Shown in pieces: positions 45,224-56,447 of a stretch of DNA of 64,000 bases. The stretch's first letter is position 1, and every line of letters begins with the position of its first letter. The translations under genes and the position numbers were made by a program. Source of the DNA: Corallochytrium limacisporum Hawaii (Eukaryota; Protista; Pluriformea); assembly GCA_002811645.1 (NCBI GenBank), contig PDIP01000032.1, positions 356,120 to 420,119 of the forward strand, given 5' to 3'. Under the pieces are notes generated by a model. The model had not been told where the DNA came from. It ran no database searches and was given only the letters and a program-made list of their open reading frames with translations.

Positions 45224-46393
45224 TCAACCGTAGACAAACTCCTCAGCGGGCACATCACCGTCAGCAATGGGATCAGAAGACACCCCATCGTGGGCAGCAT
45301 CTTCCGCAGATATTTCATCGTTGGCAGCTTCCTCAGCGGGAGCGTCAGTGGTGGCATAAGGGTCCTCGTCTTCCTTGTCACTGTCCACGGATTTGACAGT
45401 GGCGCTGCCGTTGCCGTAGTATGACGTGCCAGTGGGAATGTTGGGGAAGACTGATGATTTGTAGCTCGGCGATTCAGCCCGTTCCGGTGAAGCAACTGTG
45501 CCAGGGAGGCGATTGCCCTCGCCCTCGTCTGCTGCGCCAGAGCCGCTACCACCACTCGCCGCCAACTGCCACGCTGGAATAGTTGGTGCTTTCCGTTCGG
45601 CAGCGGTTGGAGTGCTATTGGCACTGCCACTAGCGCTTCCAGTGCGAGGGAATGCTTTTCGGTTGAGAAGGAGGCTCTTAACACTGCCAATCTCGGATTT
45701 CAGTCCACCAATGCCCGAGGTGGAACCCTTCAGTGACTGAATGTCGTTGGTCAGGTCCCGCAATGCCTGGTCTCGCGTAGCGTTCTGTTCCTGCATCTCT
45801 TTAATGAGATCCAGGATGGCCTTGCTGTTCTGGTTGGACTGTTCCTTCAGCTCTGCAATTTCTTTCTTTAGGTCATTGATCTGTTCCTCATTGCTGAACA
45901 GCCTCTTGACATGAGGCCAGATAAAGTTGGAGAATCCATAAGCACCACCTCCTAGAACTGCAAAAATAATAAGATAATCGGTCCAGGTACGCTGACGAGG
46001 CGGCTCCTGAGGCTGCATGAACACCTGGGGCGGCGCCTGCTGCATGCCCGGGAATCCTTGCGGGACACTAGCGTTGTACGGAGCCTGAACCATGGCCCCT
46101 CCGGACAGACCACTCGGGGCAGCCTCGCCCACGCGCTGAAAGGCAGTACTAATCTCTGCATCATTCAGACCCTTGTTGCGCAGAAAGTCCACGCGTTGTT
46201 GTGGTGTACTCTGTTTGACCTGATCGTTGCTGAGGAAGTTGACCGCATTGGCCACCATATCCTCACGGACCGTGCTCATGGCAGCGGGGTTGTTTGTGCC
46301 AGGAGCGAAAGTTACGTGCTTTACTTGCTTGTTATGAAGTTCTTGCCTCCGCTGTTGGAGCCTGGCCTGCAGATCCTTTTCCGCCGAACTCAT
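45224..46393 (-). CDS. PEX14: Peroxisomal docking protein PEX14
   Basis: VREDMVANAVNFL.ND.VK.ST..QRVDFLRNKGL.DAEI..AF (Pex14_N), TM segment, coiled coil, LKSEIGSVKSLLLNRKAFP, IPAWQL. Alternative start at 46279. Confidence 0.95.
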   Translation of the reverse strand: MSSAEKDLQARLQQRRQELHNKQVKHVTFAPGTNNPAAMSTVREDMVANAVNFLSNDQVKQSTPQQRVDFLRNKGLNDAEISTAFQRVGEAAPSGLSGGAMVQAPYNASVPQGFPGMQQAPPQVFMQPQEPPRQRTWTDYLIIFAVLGGGAYGFSNFIWPHVKRLFSNEEQINDLKKEIAELKEQSNQNSKAILDLIKEMQEQNATRDQALRDLTNDIQSLKGSTSGIGGLKSEIGSVKSLLLNRKAFPRTGSASGSANSTPTAAERKAPTIPAWQLAASGGSGSGAADEGEGNRLPGTVASPERAESPSYKSSVFPNIPTGTSYYGNGSATVKSVDSDKEDEDPYATTDAPAEEAANDEISAEDAAHDGVSSDPIADGDVPAEEFVYG

Positions 46394-49300
46394 TGGGGAT
46401 CAGTCTTCATGTTATCGTCCCACAATATTTACAGCGGTTCCACTCGCTTTGTTCGCTCGTAATGGGTTCTTCGTCATCTTTCAGTACTGTTTCCTAAATG
46501 AAAACATACTCTCAAGTACGTCAACGAATTGTTGCAACGGAAAATTAGTCTTCAAGACGAGGCTAACAGCCCCAATTCCACTGACTTGCCGTAGCATTCC
46601 GTTCCGCACTGGTATCCCGCCTGCTTTCACATCTCGTCCACGCAAGCCTCCCGTACTTCCGAGCCTGGGCTAGTCAGTCCCCTCGGCCTGTGGAACCCAA
46701 ATGTGCAATTGCAAGCTTTCGTCTTTAAAGCAAAACGCCGCCTCGTCTCCCCTCAGCTACACTAGTCTTCTGGTTTCTCAGTCAGTGAACAAAGAGGTAG
46801 AGACTCCACAGTCCCATTCGCTGGAGGTGCGGGAGTATAGGCAGGTGCTAAATTTAAACTATGCATAAATATTTTTTAAATCTTTAAAATATTTGTTTCT
46901 GTGAATCAGAGTCTAAACATTTGTTTTAATCATACGGGGAATCATGAATGTGAACTCAAGACAGTCTTGTAACTGAGACGACTGTTTCTCAAAGTTTTGG
47001 TCGTATGATCGTTTACAAAGCTACTCTCCACTGCGAACAAAAAATTGAACTCAAGAACGAAAAAGTTTGTCCGAGTTTCTCGCTTTTGTTTTCGCAGTAC
47101 TGTGACGATACCCACGACTATTATTGAACTTGTCTACAGTTGCTCGTACGTAATTTCACCCACACATCCCTCTATCGGCGGTCACTTGTTTTTCGTTCAA
47201 GGCATTCCTCTTTGAGCAGCAACAGCTTAGTTTCCTCCTCCGCCAAGCTCGTCACAGTGCAGTAATCCCTCTGTCCGCAGCGTACATCTTAGCTATGTCA
47301 CACCGCTGTTCCTCGGACGTAACAACTTCACGCGAGCACTCGGCTCCGCGGAGGCTAACGCCTTCCTGCAATGGGAGTCTCGACATGGTTCTTTCAATTT
47401 TCTTGTTTCATGTGATACTATATGCTTTGCTTTCTGGCGTCGTCCATGCGTTCCAACTCAAGCAAAGTGCAGTCAGTTCAGTAGGCATTCGAATCATCAG
47501 TGGGCCTCAAGATGTCATACAGACATAGTGAATTGATGCTGTTCACCATCGTCTACGCTATTCCGTGGCCCATCGTGGAATCTCTTGTTTGAGCTGTGGA
47601 TGCGCACAGTCTTTTATTGTTTGGTGGAGTGTTGTCTGCAGAAATTCCAACGTCCCAAATCGGCCGACGTCGTTTCTACATGTCGTTCAAGTATTGCAGA
47701 TGTTGATCAAACGGTTACTGGGCTTGGAAGGAGAGACGTTTCCTCTTCCAGGCTGAGTTCGCGTAGTTTTCTGCAGTTTGAATAGAAACGAAACGGTAGG
47801 AGTTTCTCGATTACATAGTGAATGTAGATAAATGGCGGTCGACTCACCACCGCATCTTCGAAGTGTAAATGTTTCTGTTCTCTCACATTCCAGGCCGATT
47901 GTATGCAAAGATGCACTGCCCGAGCTCTGTTCTCTCCCCTTCGTTGCGTGATTTTGCGCGCTTTCATAACGGCAGCGACCGTGTGCTCTCTGTGTGCATG
48001 CAGTCTTCCAAATATGCAACAGCGTGCTCGTCATCGGCATGGGATTGGTAAGTACTGTATGTAAGGTGTGGTTTGGGTGAAGGCAATGACAAAACTATAA
48101 ACAAAATGGCAAAACCCAGAGACTGATCGACAGATCCGTGCACAGACACTTCTTCTTCCTTTGCTTCGGTTGATTCTATGGCATGCTCGCTCTCAATGGA
48201 ATGGGTTGAGAGCGGGACCGGGTCTGGGATTCCCAAAGCTCGTTTCCGGGTGACTTTGTCTACAGTGAATTGATGATGGTAAGGTGACGGGTCGAGCCCG
48301 AAAATAAAAGCAACCAATGTGCTCGGCTCACGCACTTTCTGCATACGCTGACTGTTAGCTTCATCAATATATTAGCGAGAGTCCTCACATTGGCCAACAA
48401 TGGCGTAGGAGAGGTCTTTCATACGTGGCATTCCGTACCTATCCTATTTGCGGTACTGTTTGATGGCTGTGGGGGCCGTAAACAGTTCGCACCGGAAAGA
48501 TCAATCCCAACCCCGTCTCATGGTCAATGTTCCCTAGCATTCATCCCCAGCAAACTGTCATGCGAAGGGAAAGGCCGTTGACAAATCAAAGTTTGTGTCC
48601 GCTCCTGCTCTTTCTCAGGAGTGGGCCTAGGACACCAAAGCATTCAAAGACTAATCATATCCGTCCCCATGCACTGCCATCCTTGAGATACCAGTTTTCA
48701 CTTGCCATGTTCGGTAACCCCTATTTGAACGATGGGTGATGGTTGGCTAGCAGCAATGGTACAATTGTTGGTGGCGAGTATGGGGTCGTTCTCCATTTGG
48801 TTGGTTGGGGGGGGGCACTCCGGATGTACTTGCGCATATTCACTCGTCCCTTACCCTTGATCCGTTTTTGTTCTTGCCCGTGTGCACACAGTGGAACCTG
48901 GCACACCCTTTCAGATCGATTACACACAGTCGTGTGCCCACCACGGTGCTCACACTGGCCACGCAGGGCAACTCTAACATTCCGTTGAGGGCTGAAGAGT
49001 TAGTCCCCAACTACAAGACTGGGCGGATTCTCATCCTTCTGACGCATCTCTGTGTGGGCAGTGACGCAGGCACATTGCTTGCGCTATTCATACCACTTCG
49101 TGAGTAAGGGAGGGGATGGGGAAGTATTCAAGTTGGGTGCCTTCCTAGGTGTGTATAGGGAACGTTGAGGAATGCCGACATCCAGCTATCTCGATATGCC
49201 TGCCCGTTTCCCATGCCCATGATGACATCGTACTTCAATTGGATGTCTCTCCCAGGGAAGTTTGGCTGGATTTCTTTGTCTGCCTATGGTAAGTCATAAG

Positions 49301-52300
49301 TAGCTTGGGAAAAACCCATCAACAAGCGGACTTCTGGATCTCGTACACTGTTTAGCACACCCTCAGCTCTTCCTCCCTCTCTCGCTTCTTCTCTCCACCC
49401 ACTCTTTCGTGTTCATTTGTTTTGGCCCCCGGGATGTACATAACACACGCTGGTGTTCCGTAAGGGGTTTCTGGTGATAAACACTGTGGAGAATTAATTT
49501 TGACCCCATTGCGAAGCTTTGTGTCCAAACCCCAGACGTATCTTCTTCCTCGCGGATTGAAATTTAAGAAAGCATGCCGTCTCGGTGTGGTTGGGGCTCG
49601 CCTACATGTTTTATCCCTCCATTAACAGACACACTTTGACTGCAAACATTCCAAAGAACAATTGGGAATGCCCTCATATCAAATGGATTGACATTTTCGA
49701 GCTACATAAAGGATCACGATCTCACAGTTAGCTTGGCTGTTCGCAAAAGACGGACCAAAATTAGTTCGCAGGAATTTTTCATGGGAGGTTTACAGGCACT
49801 CAACGACGAGGGCGCGTGGGTGTGAAATTCCATTGGGCATGATAAATTCAAAGGCCCACTGCAGTGGTTTCTAGGCAAGCTGTGAGAGCGAAGGCGTTTT
49901 CGCGGGGTTCCAGGTGGAGTGGGTTTTCACCGACAAAAGAGAACTTGGGTGTAAGAGCTTGGTTTGAGTCTCCGTGTGAGTGGCTTTCAATCTCCTGCGT
50001 TCCATGAGATTGCCATTGGGCCATAACATGCATGCGAGGGCTTCCCGAAACCGACACCTCTCTGGTCGGTCATCGAATGTACACGCTTGGAGTCTGAGCC
50101 ATTTGTGCGATCTCTATTAGATGTGCTGTGGATGCCTAACCCATGACTTTAATGGGTATAGTGGGCCGCTGACTGACGCACTCTTTGGCCATGGCAAGTG
50201 GGGCTACGGTGTTGTATGTGTTAGGAACCGAACAAGGCCAATTCGAGACTTGTTGTTGATAAACGTATGGTCAGGTAGTGCAACCAATTTGTATATTCAC
50301 TATTGGTGTGGGTCAAATGCGACGGCCTGAATGAAGGCCGTATGCATATGCTGTGAAATTGGACTCCCAGTCCCACGAGACGTTTCTCTAGGTCCAGTCC
50401 AATAGTCACGCACACAGCATAGGGCTCAACCTCTGCTCAGAAAATAACCCAGCAACCGAATTGTGATTGTGGCGGACGTCATAGTGAAAGTACGTAGTTT
50501 GTTTGTGTATCTAGCTCATGGTATGTTTGTTCTCGCAGAAAAATCTTCCGATGGCAATGGAACGGAACTAGTTCATCTTTGCTTCGCAATGTTGCCCTCA
50601 TCACTGACGTCCGCTGCTCACTGCATTGACAGTGAAGATCCCTTCGCTTTGAGAGAGGTCTGGTAACTTGAATGCCTTGAGTGCTTTGTTTGTGCTAGGC
50701 CGGGTGATGACCAGAGGAGGGGATGATGCCGGTAGTTTCCATGTGCTAGGATAGAATGACTAAGTACCGCCCTCTCACCCAACCGCATGACTATAAGACC
50801 ACTAAGAGGAGGGCCCTATCCATGAGCATAGCTTCTGTATGACCCGGATGATATGGGATAAAGAAGGTTCAGACCGGACAACTGGGATTACCGAAGTTGT
50901 CCTGATGAATTTCGACTGAATTCTTTGGTCCTCACGGCTTTCAACCATGTGGTGTTGTTTTATATGGACTGATATGTGCGTCACAGCGTAGGCCAATAAG
51001 TTGTTTGTGTCCAGGGAATGGTACTGAGGAATACTTGCTTGAAGGACTATCAACGTCCACGCCCCCAAAGTACGACCATAGCTAGGATTTCACATGACAG
51101 CTGTTCCTTCCCTCCCGTATGTTCCCGTTCCACCCACAGGTGTCTGGCAGCCAACATTGGTAGTGCGCTGATGAATTGCGTTGAAAGCTGTTTGAGTTCC
51201 CTGGTCGCTGTGTGTTTTGTTGAGTGCCACTATATATATATATTCACATCGCCGCAAGACGCAAAATGGACATTTCGTGAACCGCTGCCATCTCCCTTTT
51301 TTTGGTGTAGGCGGTTTTTGTCTTATCTTCCCCGTGCCGCGAGCGTGGGTGGTATTGAAACACTTGAACCAATAATGTTGAAGACAATTCGACATTCCAG
51401 GCTTGAACAACACCTATGAACACCTATGACCCAATCATGTGTATCCTCGATTCTCCTGTAGAACATGGTCAGTCTATCAGCAAACCCAATGGACCTCGAG
51501 ATGCAGGCAACACTGTACCTCCTGTTATCACATCTCAACCGCATCCACTGTGTGCACAATGACACTTCTAGTTTAGGTACTGCGTTGGAAACACTACAAA
51601 TGATTTCAGCTATGACCCGGCAGGTCATAAGTTCATCTTCGTTGAATCTGAGGCACTGGAAACGATGGTGCTGTGATGAGGTTACACTCTATTATAGCTG
51701 AACAATACACCTGATGAGGAAGGGGTTATACGATATGGGTCCGTGGTCATGCCCGGCATGGTACTTTCGATGCTTCAAACGTTCTTCCTCGACAAACCGA
51801 TAACAGCTCTTTCTTGTTTGGTGATCAAACCTTTGCTTCCCACGCGCAGCACAAGGTTTTGCAGTCTCCCAATTTCTTCCAGCCCCGGTACACCACGCAC
51901 GCACGTAGGTGAAGCAGCAGCCGTGCCCGCGGATAAGGTAGCCCCTAATCAGAATCCAATGTTAGGCCCTAATTTACCGCCCATGTTCCTCAACTTGGGA
52001 ATATCGCTCCGCAGCCCACGTAGCCTGATCATTCTTTGCCCTTTGCGCCTAGACCTGTGAAGGAACTGAGGATTCCAAACACTTAGTGTCATAACCGCTT
52101 TTGGTGTTCTCCGTGTACAATTTCGTGTCCCACACACAGCAGAGGACTGTCGTCAAAGCCGCAAGGCCAGTGGTTTGTTTTCTGGCCCAGGTTTTGCCAA
52201 CTGCGCCGGTTCCTATCCTAAGAAATTGATAACTTCGTAAGCGGGAAGACAAATTTGTACCGCCGGTGCTAACTTTGGATATTCTGTAAGATTCTTGAGT

Positions 52301-55300
52301 TGATAGAAAGATATTCATGATATAAACTTGCACAGGATGAGTCTTGTATGTCTTGGGCCGCACCCGATTTATCGTTCGACTTTTTCCCTACTTCCTGTGC
52401 AGAAATATTCACACACTTAAACACCGTTCGGAGGTTCGGAGAGAGTGTAAGGACTAGAGTCACGATCCAATTGTTTTAAGCTTTTTCTTGCTCACATTCG
52501 AAAACCGAATTTAGTTAATTCATTTACTATGGCTACGACCCAAACTAGAAGAGATCCCATCAAATCCTTTGCCCAATCTCCGGTTTGTATGGTATCCAAA
52601 GTACCGCGCCGTCAAAATTAGTGACGAGAGCCGGTGTAAACACCGATGGATTTGAAACCAGTTGTGTATATTCACATCTGGTTGATCGCCGCAACCGATA
52701 TCCACACCGGCGATGAATTGACATGCGTGTCCCGGGAGTCCATGTTTTCGGCAGAAAATTGTGTGGCAATGTGAGTTGGCACCATTCCCTTGTGATTGGC
52801 TTCGAGGCTGTGTATTTTTTGGTACCATTCATTCTATCTCTCGTCTCCCGGTGTGCGTAGAATTGGGCTGCGGTGAGAGACAGGTTCATCGCAAAACGGA
52901 AAATCTGCTGAACTCTCCTACAATTGCTGTTGTCCGTTGCGCGAGCTTGCTTGCACTAACAAAGGGGACGTACTGAACCGACGTAACCCTGAAAAGTATG
53001 TTCCCCGAAGCTGTTGTCTCCGACGGAACTCGAGCGCGAATGAATTTTGTAAGCGGAAATCAGGAGTGTTCACAATTCTTTGTTTTTAAACGACACCATT
53101 CAATATGGAGGCGAGGAGGAGGCTTAAACCGGGTAATGATGATGTTTTTTTGTCTCCCAGTAATAGCCATATGTAGGACCCCAGCTGGCAATCTCATCTC
53201 ACATCTTGACATCAGTTGCGGTGGTGGTACTACACTTTTCTTCATTATTCCACTGGGTCAAAAAATAGATTATAGGCTTGGTACTTTCGGGGGGTCTGCC
53301 TCGATATGGCAGAGTCGTCGCCCTTCAGTTTTTTGTTGCACATGATTGAGAATCATGTGGAATTTGCTTAGGATCTAGTCGTGTGACGGTGGTTGCATGC
53401 GTAGACACACCAAAACCAAACACGGTAGGATGCCTATGAGATTGAAGTTGACACTGCGGCGTACCCAAACAAAGCCTGTACGTTCCTGCCTGTACAAACA
53501 CAATTGCCGAGTGCCGAGTAAATTCTTTCGTGTTATTCTTGAAACATGTTTGCATAACTTAATGACAATAGAATCTCATACGGGACACTCCCGTGCGAAC
53601 CTTTGTTGATCTACCGTATGCCACCCACTCACACCCTTGCAGTGCCCAGTGTGCGCCGACATCATCTTTGTGTGCTCTGAGGAAATCAGTATGGCACTGT
53701 GATAGGCAAAGCATCAAACGTTGTGCATCGCTTTGCCATTGGCGGATGGCATCCTGTTCTTGTGATTGTCAATTAATCATGTTGAGCCACAGACCACCAA
53801 GAGGATACTTGTTTTCAATGGTGTCAAAATTTTAAAAGCCATTGATATCGTTTCAAGAAGGAAGTGCGTCGCCGCAAACGAAGATTTCAGGCTCTCGGAT
53901 GACACGGATGCGGGGCACATGCACAGAATGGGCCGAACGAATTCCTGTCAGCCATGTCATAGGAATCTGTGAAATTCGCTGCATGAGCATCGAATTCAGA
54001 GTCGTCATGATAATTCTTCTGCAGTCCTTCGCATTGGGCATGTTCAAAGCAAGATACAGACGTCTGGCAACTGTCCTACACGCCAGCAGACCTTGCAAAA
54101 ATTGATCGCGTGTTGTGTGCAGAGAATGGCTCAATTCTTGAGTGTCCGGTAGAATTTCCGATAGTTTGAATAAGGGCCGCATTCTGCGTTGGTGTGAACG
54201 CGCGCTTACTATCGCCAAACATTACGGCTGGGGAGATCCCGAACGCTTTATCAGTAATTCCTCACCGCCCACTCACATCGGGGAAGGGGTTCAATTTAGA
54301 AGGTGCTGAACGGTTTCACTGACCCAAGGTTGGCCCCATTGCGCTCGAAACCGCGTGGAACGGGACAGTTGCCAGCGGTCTGTCTTGTTCGGTACGCTCT
54401 GAAGATGTGGTGTCGGAGCTATGCAAAAAAATTCTCTCGGCGCAAGCTAGGCAACACTGGGTGTGCTCATATGATGAGGCTCGGGGCCCTCGTTCTCGTG
54501 GATTGTGTTATTAGCAGACATAATTCGATTGTCCCCGGACTTTCTTGTTCTTTAAACCGGGCCCACTCTTGCTGAAAGGGGCAGGTGATACGCTGTGCTC
54601 GAGGAGACGGCCCCAATCCTTCAAATGTACAAGAGTTTGAGCCCCACGACGGGGGCCTATGGGGGTTGTTCTCAGTTGTGCACAGACCAATGAAAGACCC
54701 CGCAATAGACAAACGTCATTGGGTCTGCTGCATATTGTAGTCTGCTTTCTTGCCTCTGGTTTCTCCTGTCTTGCATTTCCACCTTCCATATGTGAATTCG
54801 TCTATGGATGTCTCAGTACACTGTCGAGATGCACAATCAGGTGGAGATGTTTGGCTGGCTCCGGGATTTCCGCGTGATTCTCACTGTGAGGCCAGACGTC
54901 CGCTGTTGGGCGCTCACCGTTCTACAAAGACATGGTAAGTAGTGGTTGCGCATTTTGAACACTCTGCCATGTGTGTGTTCCGAGGATGGGAGTCCTGTGC
55001 CTTCTAAGTGACCGTGACGATGTCCCACAAAGACTCGCATTGCTTCGACGTGCGGACCCGTACGGACGGGACCAAAGGGCAGTCAAAGGGGCCAAGGGTA
55101 GCACGAATGTGCTCCAATTTTTCATATTCAATGACGAGAAGAAATACTATGCAACGGTCCAGATGTATCTACGATGTTTCACCAGCGGCTTTAGCAGGAC
55201 GTCAGACCCAAATGCAGTTAATATTGCTGCTGAGTGACTGAGACTTGCGTGTCCCCGGGACCCAGGGCAGTGTGCCGGTGAGTTGGTTAGCTCGAGACTG

Positions 55301-55651
55301 TAGTAATTACGTCCGAGTTCATAGTCCTGTGTGTCTGTACAGTGCGATGTCAATTATCTTGAAACATCGTGCAACGTGTCTCCAAGGCCGATGGAGCTGT
55401 CGCGTGTAGCTCATGCGGCACAGAAATTGAAACTTTAAGCCTGGCTCAGCAGTCATCTGAGGAACACCCCCTTGCATTTGGATCGACAGGAGCGGGGCTA
55501 TAGTCAAAGACCTGGCTAAACCATACCCATCTCCCAATTGGGTTCGCGCGCGCACTCCATTTCTCTGACGCAACGGAGATTTTCAGAGATTGGCCGAGCC
55601 AAGAGCGTTTGCTCGCCACCAAGTCCTCGCCCCACCACCCATCCCCACCCC

Positions 55652-55895
55652 NNNNNNNNNNNNNNNNNNNNNNNNNNNNNNNNNNNNNNNNNNNNNNNNN
55701 NNNNNNNNNNNNNNNNNNNNNNNNNNNNNNNNNNNNNNNNNNNNNNNNNNNNNNNNNNNNNNNNNNNNNNNNNNNNNNNNNNNNNNNNNNNNNNNNNNNN
55801 NNNNNNNNNNNNNNNNNNNNNNNNNNNNNNNNNNNNNNNNNNNNNNNNNNNNNNNNNNNNNNNNNNNNNNNNNNNNNNNNNNNNNNNNNNNNNNN
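55652..55895. other. Assembly gap (N run)
   Basis: N run flanked by C runs. Confidence 1.
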
Positions 55896-56447
55896 CCCTC
55901 TGCTTTTCCCCTTTGGCTCTTCCCCCCCTCCCCCGGGTCTTTCCCCTTTTTCCCCCTTTAGCCCGTTAAAAAAACCACATCAGAATTTTGTACGCCGCCG
56001 TACGAAGCGGGAAACACTCGGATAAACACACAAGGCACCTTTGGCTTCCCCTGGGAAAGCGGGGAGGGTGGGCGGAGCAGGGAGAGGCGGGGGAAAAGGG
56101 GCGGTTGTGGTAAGGAACAAGGGGGAGCGGGGAGAAGAGGAGAGGAGAAAACCCCTAGCACCGGATATTCAAGTTTTGATACCCATCACACATTGGCAAT
56201 GAGTGCACCGATGCACTTTGGAAACGGCTTCCTTTGAACTTATCGATCTTGAATAAATCGAGTTTTGAGAGCTAGCACAACAAGCGTACGGAAGTATGAC
56301 GACAGACATGGCAGATCTGTGTCAGGTATTTAGGGATGCAAGAATCACATCTAGCCTGAGGAGTTGATGATGCTTTTGTCATAGCGCAATCAAGCATTAT
56401 CACTTCCCAGTACGTAGTCGAGCAGGAAGTTATACACAAATCACAAG

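Noticed and set aside
46337-46363. RLQQRRQEL in the PEX14 extension as a PTS2 signal
   Set aside because: Position 8 is Glu rather than His/Gln
14371-46393. PEX2 and PEX14 as a peroxisome gene cluster
   Set aside because: 30 kb apart with many unrelated genes between them
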